Shown: piece after piece, positions 49,001 through 61,538 of the stretch
How the letters are laid out: each line of letters begins with the position of its first letter
Position numbering within the stretch: the first letter of the stretch is position 1
Assembly: GCA_033442325.1 (NCBI GenBank)
Contig: JAWQFM010000002.1
Location: forward strand, 2,039,044-2,103,043
DNA: 64,000 nt
Source: Salpingoeca rosetta
Taxonomy: Eukaryota > Protista > Choanoflagellata
Direction: 5' to 3'
The notes under the pieces: generated by a model
Databases searched by the model: none
Seen by the model: the letters and a program-made list of their open reading frames with translations, nothing else
Told to the model about the DNA's origin: nothing
Position numbers and translations under genes: made by a program

Positions 49001-50953
49001 GAGAACTGGTGCGAGTCTGAGGACAGCCTGGAGGTGCTCATTGCACGGAACCTGCGGCTGGACGTGTCGCGCAACACCGAGTACCACCGCGTGCGTTTCC
49101 TGGGCGTGTGTTTCCGCCACCTGCGCGTGCTTGACGTGTCGGACAATGCAGACTACATCACGCTGCGCCACCTCCGCTCGTCCATTGGCGCGCTGCGTTT
49201 CAGGCAGGTCTCTCCAACCGTCATGAATGCCGCCCTGACCAGCATGGGCGACACACTCGCAGCTGCTTCGTCGGCGGCGTCTGCTGCTGCGGTCGCGTCT
49301 GCGAGCCGTGGTGATGCCCACACGTCAGCGACGGCAACGACAACGACAACGTCCACAACCCAGGATGCAGCGACGCTTGCCTCTGTGCGCTGTCACGGGG
49401 ATGAGGACAGCACGCCCGGCCGGTTCCTGACGCGGCTGGAGCTGGAGGGCCTGTATGCCACGTGCGCCATCTCGCAGTCGCACGTGCCTGCCATGGTGGA
49501 CCTGTCCTTCCCGCGCCTGTACAACGTGCCTGCGCTCGAGTACACGTGCACGTGCATCCCGGCATACACGGAGACGCGCACGGGCGAGTGTGTGCCGCAG
49601 TCGCAACCGCAGTGGCCGTACGCTGTCGCTGGCTCGCTGGGGACCGTTGCTGCGCTGCTGCTTGGGCTTGCTGTGTGGCGCAGCGCCAAGTACTGGCAGC
49701 AGGTGCACTATGACCTTGACCTGCGCGCAAAGCTCATTGACGAGAAGGAGATGGAGAACCTGCAGCTGCGGGAGGCGTGGGAGGCCAAGGCGGCGGACGT
49801 CGTGCTGCAGCAGCGCATTGACGCCCAGTCCCCAGGCACGTTCAGCCAGGTGTGGCGCGGCATGTGGTTTGACCAGGTTGTGGCCGTGAAGGTGCTCAAC
49901 AAGCACGCGTGCGGCGGTATGCTGGGCAGCACGCTCGGCGGCTGCCTTGCTGACGTGGACGACGACCACGGTGGGCGCGGTGGCGGTGTGGGCGCGGGCT
50001 TCTCGCCCGAGTTTCGGCGGGAGGTTGAGTTCTTCATGACGTCGTGTCGCCACAAGAACGTGGTGCAGTTTCTTGGTGCGGGCCGGCTGCAGGACGACTC
50101 GCCATTCATCATCTTGGAGCTGGTGCCCAATGGGTCGCTGGACGTGTTTCTCGGCACAAGCGTGTGGAAGACGGCGGATAGGCGCAACACGCGGCGCGCG
50201 AGCATCGCTGGTGCTGGCTTGGAGGGCGAAGAGGCGAGGGGTGGTGATGGTGATGATGGTGATGGTGATGGTGATGGTGATGGCACTGCAGCTGAGCAGC
50301 GTCGCGCGGTGGTGTGGGAGCAGCGCATGCGGTTTATGCACGGGATTGCGCGCGGGATGGAGCACATCCACGGCAAGGGCCTGGTGCACCGCGACCTCAA
50401 GACAGCAAACGTGCTCGTGTCCGCACGCCTGGAGCCCAAGATTACAGACTTTGGCACGCTGCGCACACTGTTTGAGGACCCAGCGGTGTCCATGAAGGGC
50501 AGCAGCAACAGCAGCGGCAAGGATTCGCGGCCGAGCGCAGTGTCGCCGTATCTGACCTCTGCAGTGGGCACGCCGCTGTACATGGCACCCGAGGTGCTGG
50601 CTGGGGAGGGCGCATACACGGCTGCGGCAGACGTGTGGTCGTTTGGCGTGGTGGCGTGGGAGCTTGCTGCGCTGCGTGCACCGCTGCTGCTTGAGGAGAT
50701 TGGCAAGTCATCGCGCGGCCCAATCCTGGCCAAGATGCAGGAGGCGCTGCAGGCCGGCAACCGGCTGTCGCTGGACGAGGCGTGGCCCGAGTGGCTGCGC
50801 GGCCTGCTACTGAGGTGCTGGAACAGGGACTGGCAGCGGCGGCCGTCGTTCAGGGAGATTGCGCGCATATGCGACACGCTCCTGGCCAACATTCCTCCTG
50901 CCATGCTTGCTGCGTCGGCCTCGCACGACCACCTCAACACGTCATCCGTCTAG
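46073..50953 (+). CDS. Intronless LRR receptor kinase (TKL-type kinase domain)
   Basis: Signal peptide; many LxxLDxSxN/T repeats; Cys-rich juxtamembrane CTCIPAY...GECVP; TM WPYAVAGSLGTVAALLLGLAVW; kinase motifs VAVK, HRDLKTAN, DFG, GTPLYMAPE, DVWSFG, CW...RPSF. Confidence 0.92.
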   Translation: MSWSSSVCGGGGGGGGAVTLVGLLVAAVAASMWLPLEVGADHVYLCRMPGGSGICGADEHGAINCCVQEDTLFEECAPLIRLYGFTPQSVPSHSLPTCECTPATEASEGGGGGPTRRPITTSLTITTAEGDTVTNTTHVASGPVTNDATSSLVLVPEQLEFFRCHLSAASNRTVALTFRGGVDAGVRDAIYELLPSNATIDLTFSYFVHADAGRLSMLLLPSPENGLQVHSLTVEHSPTRGIMNLFWQRCFRLRVVNLALRHCQITDLFLSANNGAEDPFLNFDTFDVSYNQFSTLHRQSARYGPKRIIYDGNPLVSITDDFLYNRVNGRHFTESVEHLSIRHATGPLDLTGLLSMPLPNLRVLNVSHTPLSRLRGKDLFTGMPRLERVDMSSCNLRVEHRSGLVSLVSSPALRVIRLSDNLLFSQLDIVDWHLRQLDLLDVSSNTIGVNVTGDTSLGVRVLNLTSARIVLDLSPSLFHHNMTHLLLSDLVIVDRSLAPIPGVNPPDIDPFLIRDSPSDGAYQSSSASSSPQSSESKQGGHSDGAAADVTSCSRLVNREQLQLLPNLRVVTLRRLGACHFGSAPFAPLAQLEHLDMAYVRLPPARLHDVLASIGASIRHLNLTSTAVTSAMLEQVAAAWPDLEVLDISNTAVDSLLPLRHTPKLRVLDVSFTRITTLEPITTGQLPLLTTLRAANVTRLTHLGGAGALPSLPHLQHLTISGTGLTRISDNAFAGASNLVSLEFSFNDGLRHVSPSLLDALSATLQTLVLKFNAFPLPRIPCDRLLALDVAGCVGATATLPDVGSCRQLRYLDISSAGLTALPDTLALPFLQVLDISNNGIGPLLPAVVPRMFALTHLFAQHNAIELLSAQQLCNLAYVRHVDLSHNRLAYVQDDVSWDAGATAGEDNMCSLETVALLLRGNPALRDIHPLFRVFPKIVQLDVAGNAALRLTHVQASDTLLRTLRVLDISGTQSDMSENWCESEDSLEVLIARNLRLDVSRNTEYHRVRFLGVCFRHLRVLDVSDNADYITLRHLRSSIGALRFRQVSPTVMNAALTSMGDTLAAASSAASAAAVASASRGDAHTSATATTTTTSTTQDAATLASVRCHGDEDSTPGRFLTRLELEGLYATCAISQSHVPAMVDLSFPRLYNVPALEYTCTCIPAYTETRTGECVPQSQPQWPYAVAGSLGTVAALLLGLAVWRSAKYWQQVHYDLDLRAKLIDEKEMENLQLREAWEAKAADVVLQQRIDAQSPGTFSQVWRGMWFDQVVAVKVLNKHACGGMLGSTLGGCLADVDDDHGGRGGGVGAGFSPEFRREVEFFMTSCRHKNVVQFLGAGRLQDDSPFIILELVPNGSLDVFLGTSVWKTADRRNTRRASIAGAGLEGEEARGGDGDDGDGDGDGDGTAAEQRRAVVWEQRMRFMHGIARGMEHIHGKGLVHRDLKTANVLVSARLEPKITDFGTLRTLFEDPAVSMKGSSNSSGKDSRPSAVSPYLTSAVGTPLYMAPEVLAGEGAYTAAADVWSFGVVAWELAALRAPLLLEEIGKSSRGPILAKMQEALQAGNRLSLDEAWPEWLRGLLLRCWNRDWQRRPSFREIARICDTLLANIPPAMLAASASHDHLNTSSV

Positions 50954-51056
50954 CACACCCATTGTGCGTGGGCAGGAGTTGTGTGTGTGTCTGTCTGTCT
51001 GTCTGTCTGTCCGTCCGTCCGTCCGTCCGTCTGTCTGTGTGTGTGTGTGTGTGTGT

Positions 51057-51106
<50 letters not shown>

Positions 51107-51610
51107 CTGTCTGTCCGTCCGTCTGTCTGTCTGTCTGTGTGTATGTATGTATGTCTATCCGTTTCTCCGTGCCTCCGTGTCGGTTTGTATGACTGAAGAG
51201 GTGCATGCGGCTCGCTTGCACGTGCGCCTCGGCTATGTATTGCTCGTCCGTGTTGCATCCAGCTTCTAGTCAGCGGTTTATGCTCCACAGCTTTGTATGA
51301 ATGTATGTATGATATTCCTATGACTTCCCTACTGCTTGTGTGTGTGTGTTTTGCTTGCGCGCACGCACATTGCCGGCGTCAGCCTCACGATAGCTGTGTG
51401 CATTCACGATTTGACAAGGGAGTACAAGTGGTGCCTTCTGCGGAGTTGTGTCAAGTGTGGTGCTGGTTGTTGGTTCTTTTTCTCAAGTCACCAGTAACCG
51501 GAGAGCCCGGAGAAGAGGACGCTTATGAGATTGGCAGAAACGAGGAGGAGGGGGCGAAGGGGACACGAGCGAGAAAGTTAGGGGAGGAGAACGAGAGAAG
51601 CGAGCGGCAC

Positions 51611-52417
<807 letters not shown>

Positions 52418-52951
52418 CGTAACGGCTGAGGCAAGCCAGGAGGAAGGACACACACGCAGGGCGCACACGCAGGACACACACGCACGCAGACAGCACAAAT
52501 CCACAGCACAACCGCACAAAACACGGCAACGTCAGCCACGAGGTGTGAATGGGTGAGCGGAGCTGAGGGGAAGGACCACCCACAAAAACAAAACCAAGCA
52601 AAGCAAACACACCGGGCACCGCACCACAACAGGGCGTGCTGGGTTTGAGAGCCTCTCACGCAACAGCCTGCTCCTCCACCCCCATCTCCACACCATACAA
52701 CGCCATCCTCATATCAACCATCTCTGCCCCTCCCTCTCTTCCCTCTCTCCATATGCCCACACGTTCGTTGGTGCTTGGTTGCTCGCTCGCACTCACCGGG
52801 TTCGCCTCGGTTGGTCGGTCGGTGTTGTTGGAGTTGTTGGCGTTGTTGGCAGTGGTGGATACGAAAATGTGTGTGTTTTATTGCGCATTTTGTGAGGAGT
52901 TTGGTGCGAGTTGTAGATTGGTCATTGTTTTGTCCTGTCGTGAACAGCTCA

Positions 52952-53003
52952 ATGGAGGACGACTTGCGCTCTGCCGACGTGGTGCTTGTTGGCACAGGTT
53001 GGT

Positions 53004-53096
<93 letters not shown>

Positions 53097-53110
53097 TGTC
53101 TGTCTCTGTG

Positions 53111-53145
<35 letters not shown>

Positions 53146-53197
53146 GTGCCTGTGCGTCTGTGTCTGTCTGTCACACACATACACATACACATACTCC

Positions 53198-53230
<33 letters not shown>

Positions 53231-54430
53231 TTCTGTCTCCCTCACTCACACACACACGCTCTCTCTCTCTCTCTCTCTCTCTCGTTCTATCCATATCTCT
53301 GTCCTCTCCACCTGATCTCTTTTGCACGCACAACTCTCCTCCTTCTCCACCTCCCCCTCTCCTCCTCTTACTCGCCCACCCTGTTTCGTTCCCCTTTGCC
53401 CCAAACAGGCCTGGTGCAGTCGCTGGTGGCGGCCGCCTGTGCCCGTGTCGGCAAAAAGGTGATCCACACAGACGCCTTCCCTTACTATGGTGGCTCATGG
53501 GCAGCCTTGACCATCAACGACTTTGAGGAATTACAAGAGAAAGGAAACACTCAGGCAAGCAGCAGCAGTGAAGATGCACAAGAAGCTGGCATTCGCTTGC
53601 AGCACGGTGTGGAGGATGTCTTGATCTGGGACAGCGGCGTTGAGATTCCTCGCCGCCGTCAAGTCCTGATTGATCTCTGCCCAAAGGTGTGCGTGTATGT
53701 ACGTGTGTGTGTGTACGTGTGTACGTGTGTACGTGTGTGCATGTTCGCGTGCGTGTGTACGTATGTGTGTGTGATACGTGCACGTATGTGCGTGCGTTTG
53801 TGTACTTTTTGCGTATCTGTCCCTGCTGCGTCTATCCCCGTGTCACCTGTATGTTTGATGTTGTCTCAACAATACCGTCTGCCGCCTTCCTCTTTGTCAT
53901 TGTTGTTCACACCTCGAGCACGTCGCAAGCCCACTGCCTCTCACATCTCCTCTCACACACCCCCCCCCCCCCAACACACACACACGCACACACAAAATGT
54001 ACACCATATCCACGGACTGATAGGCCTGCTTTGCGCGTGGAAAGTTGGTGCAGCTGCTGATTTCCTCAAACACGAGCCGCTATCTTGAGTTCAAGGAAGT
54101 GGCCCGCCTCTGCCAACACAACGGCACACTCACCGATGTGTGTGGAGTTGGATGCATGATTACGTTCGCTGCAACAACCTCACGAGTTCTGTCAACAATG
54201 GCGTACTATGCACTGCATATCGCTGTCCATGAGCTTGCCTTTCGTCCACAACCATCACATCATCACTCACTCACTCACTCACTCACTCACTCACTCACAC
54301 AGGTGCCGTGCACAAAGGCGAACCTGATGACCAACAAGATGATATCGCCCATGAGCAAGCGCAAGCTCGTCAAGTTCCTGCAGTTTTGCCTCGAAGTCGC
54401 AAAGGGGGCGGAAGACAAGCAAGTGCCACA

Positions 54431-54508
<78 letters not shown>

Positions 54509-54828
54509 CTCGCTTTGGTGTCATCTGCACACCAAAATTTCAACCAAACCTTGCTTCTCACCCTGGTCGTGCACGTGCACGACTGCTGCTGCCAGACACG
54601 ACCTTTGGGGCGCTCCTCTCGTCCACTTTTGGTCTCGCGCCGGAATTGCAGGAGTACATCCTGAGCTCCATGACCTGGCTCGACGGCACGGCGACGGCCG
54701 AGGAGGGGGTGGCGGCAATGGGACGATTCCTCACGTCCGCTGGCGTCTTCTGCCCAAGCCCGCTCATCTTCCCCGCGTACGGCATTGGCGAGCTTCCACA
54801 GGCGTTTTGCAGGTGCGTCCACCTGCGC

Positions 54829-54862
<34 letters not shown>

Positions 54863-55249
54863 CTTGTTCTTGTTCTTGTTCTTGTTCTTGTTCTTGTTCT
54901 TGTTCTTGTTCTTGTTCTTGTTCTTGTTCTTGTTCTTGTTCTTGTTCTTGTTCTTGTTCTTGTCTAGTGCTTGTTGCGAATGCTGCAGTCGTGCTTTGGT
55001 CTTGTTTCCTCCCGCCTTCGCTCTTTGTGTGCTTCGTTTGTGACTGTTACTTCTTGCGTGCTTTTGGTGCTTGTGAACGCTGGTTGCCCTTGTCCTCCTC
55101 CTTCGACCTCCCTTGTTTCCACGTTGCATTGTCACAAGTTGTGCATCTGCTCACGAACCTCAACGCACCTGCGCTACAGGCTGTGCGCCGTATTTGGAGG
55201 TGTTTACATGCTCAACATGCAGTCCATCGTCGTCTCTACCACAACGCCA

Positions 55250-55309
<60 letters not shown>

Positions 55310-55311
55310 CC

Positions 55312-55389
<78 letters not shown>

Positions 55390-57260
55390 GCAACAGCGAC
55401 AGCAGGAAGACGGCTCGTCTACCGATGCGCCATCAACAGCGACCAGCGTGCGTGGCGTGCGGCTGGGTAGTAGTGGTAGCGGTGATAGTGGTGATGAGTT
55501 TGACATCCAAGCGCCAAACGTGGTGCTCCCCTGCGACACTGCCCCATCTGTTTCGGGCGCCGACGTGTCGCCTCCAATGCTGTCGAAGTTTTCGCGCGCA
55601 GCCTTCCTGCTCAAGTGCGATGAGTGCGAGTACGTGAGTTCGCAGCAGGCGGTGGCCATTGTGAATGTGCCTGCAGCAACGTGCCATCTGGACCACGTGT
55701 GCAGGGCACTCATCTTCTCCTCCAACGCAGGCGTTTGCCCACGCGGTTACGGTGTGTGTGTGTCTGTGTCTGTGTGTGTGTCTGTGTGTCTGTCTCTGCG
55801 TGTCTGTCTGTGTCTGTTTGTGTGTGTCTGTGTCTGTGTGTGTGTGTGTGTGTCTGTCTGTGTCTGTGTCTGTGCGCGCGTTTTGATTGTGCATGCCTGT
55901 GTTGTGTGTAGCCATGTGCAAATGTATGTACCCCTGCGTCTGTGCGTGCGCTTTTTTTTTTTCGCCCGCGGTGTGTTTGTGCCTCTGCTCGTGGTCATCC
56001 CTTCCCCTCCCCCTTGTTTTTTGTTTTTTGTCCTTGGTTCACTGGTCTTGTTTTGTTTCACGGACGCCCGCTCACACACGTGCGCACATGCACGCGCAAT
56101 CCTCACCGTGGCACCTTACTTGCGTGTGTCACTGCCAGTGATGTGCCACCTCATCACGGAGCATGCACGCGACAACGACTGGCAGGATGGTCTTCAGCGC
56201 GTGCTGAGCCTCCTCTTCCCAACTCACACCAAGGCTGCTCCCCAGAAGGACACCGAAGAACAGCCGGGAGCCGAGGGCAAGGACACGGGGCCTGCGCACA
56301 CGCAAGACCAGCAGCAAGACCAACATGAGCAGCCAGATGCACGCCCCGCTGAGGTTGCTGACGTTGCTGACGTTGCTGAGGGTGGTGACACTTGTCCTGC
56401 TTCTGCTGCTGAGGATGTTGGCGACAGTGCGAGCACGCCAGGGAAGGTGCCGCAGCAGCATGATGGCGACAGCGATGGCGGCGATGAAGGCGAATCTGTG
56501 ACGACGAGTAGCGATGGTGTGGTTGGTGATGTTGAAGAACAACAGACCCAGGGCGGTACAGAAGACACACCAGCGCCAGCACCACAGCTGGTGTGGAGTG
56601 TGATGTTCCGTGGCCTCTCCCCGGCTGGCGACTGGACCCGCCCTGAGACACACACCACCAACGTCCACGGCCTCTGGACATGCAGGTGTGGGAATTTGTG
56701 TGATTGTGTGGTGATGTGTGATTATGCGTGTGGGAACTTGTGTGATTGTGTGATTGTGTGGTTATGTGTGTGTGTGGGGGGGGGGGTGTTCATGTACGTC
56801 CATTTGTGTGTACTTTCTGCTGGGTGGCACTGCTTGTGCCATGGTTGCCCATGTCGTGTGCTTACCACAGCCCTCGCCCTCGACTGTCGCACATACACAC
56901 ACACACACACACAGTGGTTTCGGATCGGCGTCGCCTGGCTTTGACGATGCGATTGCAGAGGCCCAGTGCCTCTTCTCCGCCATGTACCCCGGTGAAGACT
57001 TTCTGCCTCGTGCGCCAGACTACGATGAAATTGTGCATGACGACCACGACGGCACCGCCAACGAGAATAGTGATGGTGATGGCGATGGTGGCGATGATGA
57101 TGATGATGATGGTGGTGGTGTTGGTGATGGCGATGATGATGCTGGTGGTGATGGGGCCGACAAGGAAATCGGCAATGTTGTGGACAGCAGGAATCCCGAC
57201 GATGACATGGTTGGGGACGAAGATCGCACAGAGGAAGAGGCGCCAATGTCAAATGATTGA
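52952..57260 (+). CDS. CHM: Rab escort protein (REP1/CHM; RabGGTase component A), multi-exon
   Basis: DVVLVGTG|LVQSLVAAACARVGKKVIH...[52 protein letters not shown], and REP-type tail LFSAMYPGEDFLPRAPDYDEIV. Confidence 0.9.
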
Positions 57261-57388
57261 CGCGCGGTTGACGTTTGCGCGTCAGTGCGTGCGTGTATGT
57301 GTCCGCGTGCATGTGTATGCGTGTGTGTGTTTCTTGGTGCTGGCGCACGAGCCACGACATGATACAACACGCACGCACACACATACAC

Positions 57389-57440
<52 letters not shown>

Positions 57441-58344
57441 ACAACAACAACAACAACCACCACCACCAACAACAACAACAACAACTCGTCACGCTCGTCA
57501 TGCCACTGAATTCAGTGTCTGGAGCATCATGCAAGAGCCTACGGTATATGGTTCGCACCTAATGCGTGTTTTGTGGACAAATAAATGAAGATTTTCACAA
57601 ATCCCCATGACAAGTGGACGCGGTGGATAGTCCTCGCATAATCTTCTCAGCACTGCGCGCAACCACAAACCTGGCTTTCATCATTGTGTGCTGAGACGTG
57701 TGTGGTGAGTGAGGAGCTTGTGTGGGTGTTTGCCTGCTGAATCACGACGCATCATCTCGTGGCTGCCTTCCCTGCCTTGCTCTGTGCAGCCTTGTGCCGA
57801 CCTCCAACCAGCGCTGGCCACACCATCACCACCACGGCTTGCCTTGCCTTGCCTCACCTCACTCTCATCTTCTTGCCACGTACCACACCCCCTTTGCAGG
57901 CGCGTGACCTTCTCCTTTTTGTGTGTGTGCGCGCGTGTGTTGTTTTGTGACCTCCCCTCCAATACTACAGCAACGAACAGGTGGGGTTGCACTGCTTGAT
58001 CGTCCACGATCACGGCACGCTTGAGCTGTACTGTGTTGTGGTTGTGGGTTGTTTCGGTGGTCTCGGATGAGTGTGCACTGCGGTGATTGGGTGGTGTTGT
58101 TCTTTGAATGTTGCCTCCCCCCCCCCTTCCACACACACACACACACGCACACACGCACGCACTCGCTTGTACTGCCACGCCAAGACAGTGCTGTGTGCTG
58201 TGCTGCATGATACCCACGTCAGCACACGTCTGCACGCCACTGCATCCATCACTGCACTCGCTCACCCATGTCCACCTGACTCGTTGCCTCCCCCGCCTCT
58301 CCTCTCTCCCTCTCTCTCTCTTTGTGTCACGCCTGCAGGAGAAG

Positions 58345-61300
58345 ATGATGATGACCGGGCCTCGGATGTGGGGCGCGGCAGCCCTGTTGCTGGTTGCAGC
58401 GTTTGCAACCATGACCATTGACTCAGCGGCTGCGCAGCAAGACAGCTTCTCATGCGCTCCGCGCAACTACAGCGACCCGTGCTTGTCCGTCCCCACCCTC
58501 ACCAACGGCGACTTTCAGCGCTTCCACGCCGGCATCCTCACCGCCGTGTTCCTCATCCTGGGCGCCCTCTTCACCTACCGCCTCATCTACAACTTCCGCG
58601 TCGTGCCCTGGCGCCAGTCGTCCGTCTTCTTCACCTGTGTCCTCGCCTGCATCTTCCACGTGGTGTGGCTCAGCAAGGACGCCAAGAACATCCAGCACCC
58701 GCTTCTCGGCCTCCCCTACGAGGGCCTCGCCGACCTCACCTTCACCATTGTCATCTGCTGCCTCTTTGGCTACATGATGAAGCTCGACGACGAGATTCGC
58801 CAGAACCGCGTGCACTGGCGCATCGTCGTGCAGTGGATCTTCCTCGTGACCGCCGCCATCCTCCAGGTCATCAAGATCTACACTGCCCGCCAGGACCAGC
58901 CTCGCAGCAACGTCTGGATTAGCTTCATCTCCTCCCTCCTCCTCTCCCTCACCACCGCAGACCGCTGCCTCCTCCTCATGAAGCTCCTGCCCCCAACCCA
59001 GCGCAGCACCCACACCTGGTTCCGTAAGGTCAACTTTCTCACCTTCTTCATCTCCGTCTGCCTCTTCATGAACTCGGCCATCATCTTTGCCCACGCCATC
59101 GACGAGGAGGTGTGTGTTGTGCGCCATGTGTGTGTGTGTGTGTGCTTGTGTGGAGTGGGTGTCTTTCAGTATCGTTTGTCTGTCTTGTGTGCTTCCAGGG
59201 CGGGCGTGCATGTGCACAAGCACGCGCGCACGCACACATGAGTCGCCTCGTGTCCATTCAACCCTTCCTGCTTGTCTCTCTCTCTCTCTCTCTCTCTCTG
59301 TGCTTTCCCACCTTCTCTCGTACCCTGACACTCGCCCACACGCAACCACAACCACAACCACAACCACACTTGCCAACGCTCCTCTCCCTCCCCGTCTCAC
59401 ACCCCCCCCCCCACACACACACACACTTTTTTTTTCGTGCCAATCCAACAAACACACAACAGATCAAGGTGGCGTCACGGGACCGCAGCCACACGTACGC
59501 GTGCTTCTACGTGTTTGAGTTCCTCTCCGTGCGCACGGTTGCGCTTGTGGTTGCCCCACTGATGGTGATCCTGACTGGTCTCTGGGACGATCCCCGCACC
59601 ATCCTCGCCGTCAAGCGCCTGGAGAGCCGCAAGTCCCAATCCATCACCTCCCGCGTCGACGCCTTTATCAACCGCTACTGGCGCACCATGGCCTTTATCC
59701 TCGTCATCTCCCTCATCACGCTTGGCCTCGCCGGCTGGGGTGGCTCTGCCACGTGCTACGCCCCCCACGCCCAGGTTGTCCGCATCAGCCTGTTTATGGC
59801 CCGTGTCGGCGCCACGCCCTTCTACATCCTCTTCCCGGCCGTCTTTGTCATGGTGCTCAACGGCTTCAACACCAGCCTGGAGAGCAGCATGCTCGGCAGC
59901 TTCCTGCCCCGCGCAAACGGCTCCCTTGTCATCTACCACAAGTACGTCGGCTGGCTCTGCGTCATTACAATGCTCTTCCACATTGGCGGCCACATTGGCA
60001 CCCTCTTTGCCTACCACCGCTTCATCTCCGACCTCGCCACAAACCCGACCAAGCAGGCCATTGTCGACCAGATCAGCAAAGACCGTCCTGCCGTCCTCGA
60101 ATACTTCTCCGACATTTATCACTTCCGCGGCGGCCCGTGGATGCTGCCCTGGTTCACGGGCGTCTTCATGACCGCCTGCATGATCGCCGTCGTCGCCGTC
60201 TATTACGTCCTCGCCAAGCGCAAGCACAAGCGCTTCAAGAAGTGGCACGTGTGGGCCGCCTACTCCATGCTCGCCGTTGGCTCCATCCACGGCGCCGGCC
60301 GTGTCCTCGGTGACCCGTACCTCTGGGTTGTCTTCCTCGTCGTCGCCGGCATCTCCATTCTCGACTTTTTGTGGTGCCGCCGCCGCAGCGAGAAGGTGCG
60401 CTGCGAGATGTGGGAGCTCACCACCCCTGGCGCCCGCGGCCGCGTCGAGGTTGTCCTCATCCTGCGCTTCCGCTGCAAGAAGATCAAGTTCTTCCCGGGC
60501 GACTATCTCCTGCTGCGCGTGCCCCAGATCTCCGTCAGCGACCAGCATCCCTTCACCATTGTCACCAACGTGCCCGAGGACGAATACGAGCTGCACATCA
60601 AGGTGTCCGACCTCAAGGTCAACGCCTGGACCCGCGCCCTCACCGCCATGCTCGACTTCAAGTACGGCCGCATCATGGCCGGCCACTCGTACCAGGCCAA
60701 CCGCTCTGCCTCGGAGGAAGCTGAGCAGCAGGAGTCGTCCCTGGAGCAGCGCCTCCTCAGCAACCAGGAGGGCGGCATGTCTGGCCTCCTCGACGACGTC
60801 AAGTGCAACGTCGACGCCGTCGTCATTGGCGGCTTCAAGTCCAGCCTTGCCGATAGCGACTTTATCAACGGCGACTTTGTGCTCATGGTTGGCTTCTCCG
60901 TGGGTGCCACCCCCATGTGCGCCTACCTCAACCGCCTGCCCGAGTCGCGCTTTGAGGAGCTGCGCGACAACATCTGGTTCTTCCACCGCAGCGAGTTTTA
61001 CAACAAGCCCGATGGCCAGACCGTCTTTGGCGCCTACGGCGGTTACATCCGCGAGGTTTGCCAGGAGACCGAGAAGAGGGTAAGCTTCCCATATTTTGTT
61101 CTTGGTTTGTGCCTGCGATGGGTACAATTGCCTCCTTGCGCTGCATGCTTTTGCTTGCCTTGCTTCTTTCCTGCTCTTTCTTGTTTTATACATGAGCCTC
61201 ACCAATATGATTGTTTCCTCTCCCTCCCTCCCTCCCTCCTCTCTCTCTCGAACTCTCAACAAACAACACACAACAATTACCATCGCCAGATTGGCCGCGA

Positions 61301-61538
61301 CCCCAACGGCCCGGCAGGTCCCATCCTGCAGGCGGAGGCTGGCGAGCGCCGCGACGTGTTCTGGAACCGCCTGCACAGCCGCGTTGCAGAGTGTCTGCAG
61401 AAGCTTCCCCAGGGCGGCCGCGTGCACATTGGCTACTGCGGCTCCCTGCGCGGTCTCGACTCGCTGTACGACGCCCTGGATAAGGGCCAGCTTGCAGCCA
61501 ACCGCGCCGTTAAGTTCTACATTGAGAGCTTCGGTTAA
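58345..61538 (+). CDS. Fusion of a GPCR-like 7TM domain and an NADPH oxidase (NOX/ferric reductase) module (exons 58345-59109, 59463-61079, 61290-61538)
   Basis: Signal peptide and seven hydrophobic segments, then six NOX-type TMs with heme His pairs (YHKYVG...FHIGGH; KWHVW...SIHG), FAD motifs FPGDY/HPFT/LHIK/WT, NADPH motifs VGATP and YCG, and terminal ESF. Both introns are phase-0 GT-AG. Confidence 0.85.

Noticed and set aside
58700-59560. Microbial rhodopsin identity for the 7TM domain (GLADLTFT resembles RYADWLFT)
   Set aside because: No DxxxK retinal-binding lysine in TM7 (reads EFLSVR), and the Arg/Trp/Pro of helix C are missing.
59475-61427. Long antisense ORFs (650 aa here; also 15109-16608, 49708-50940, 6477-7535)
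   Set aside because: Shadow frames of GC3-biased real genes, with no motifs of their own.
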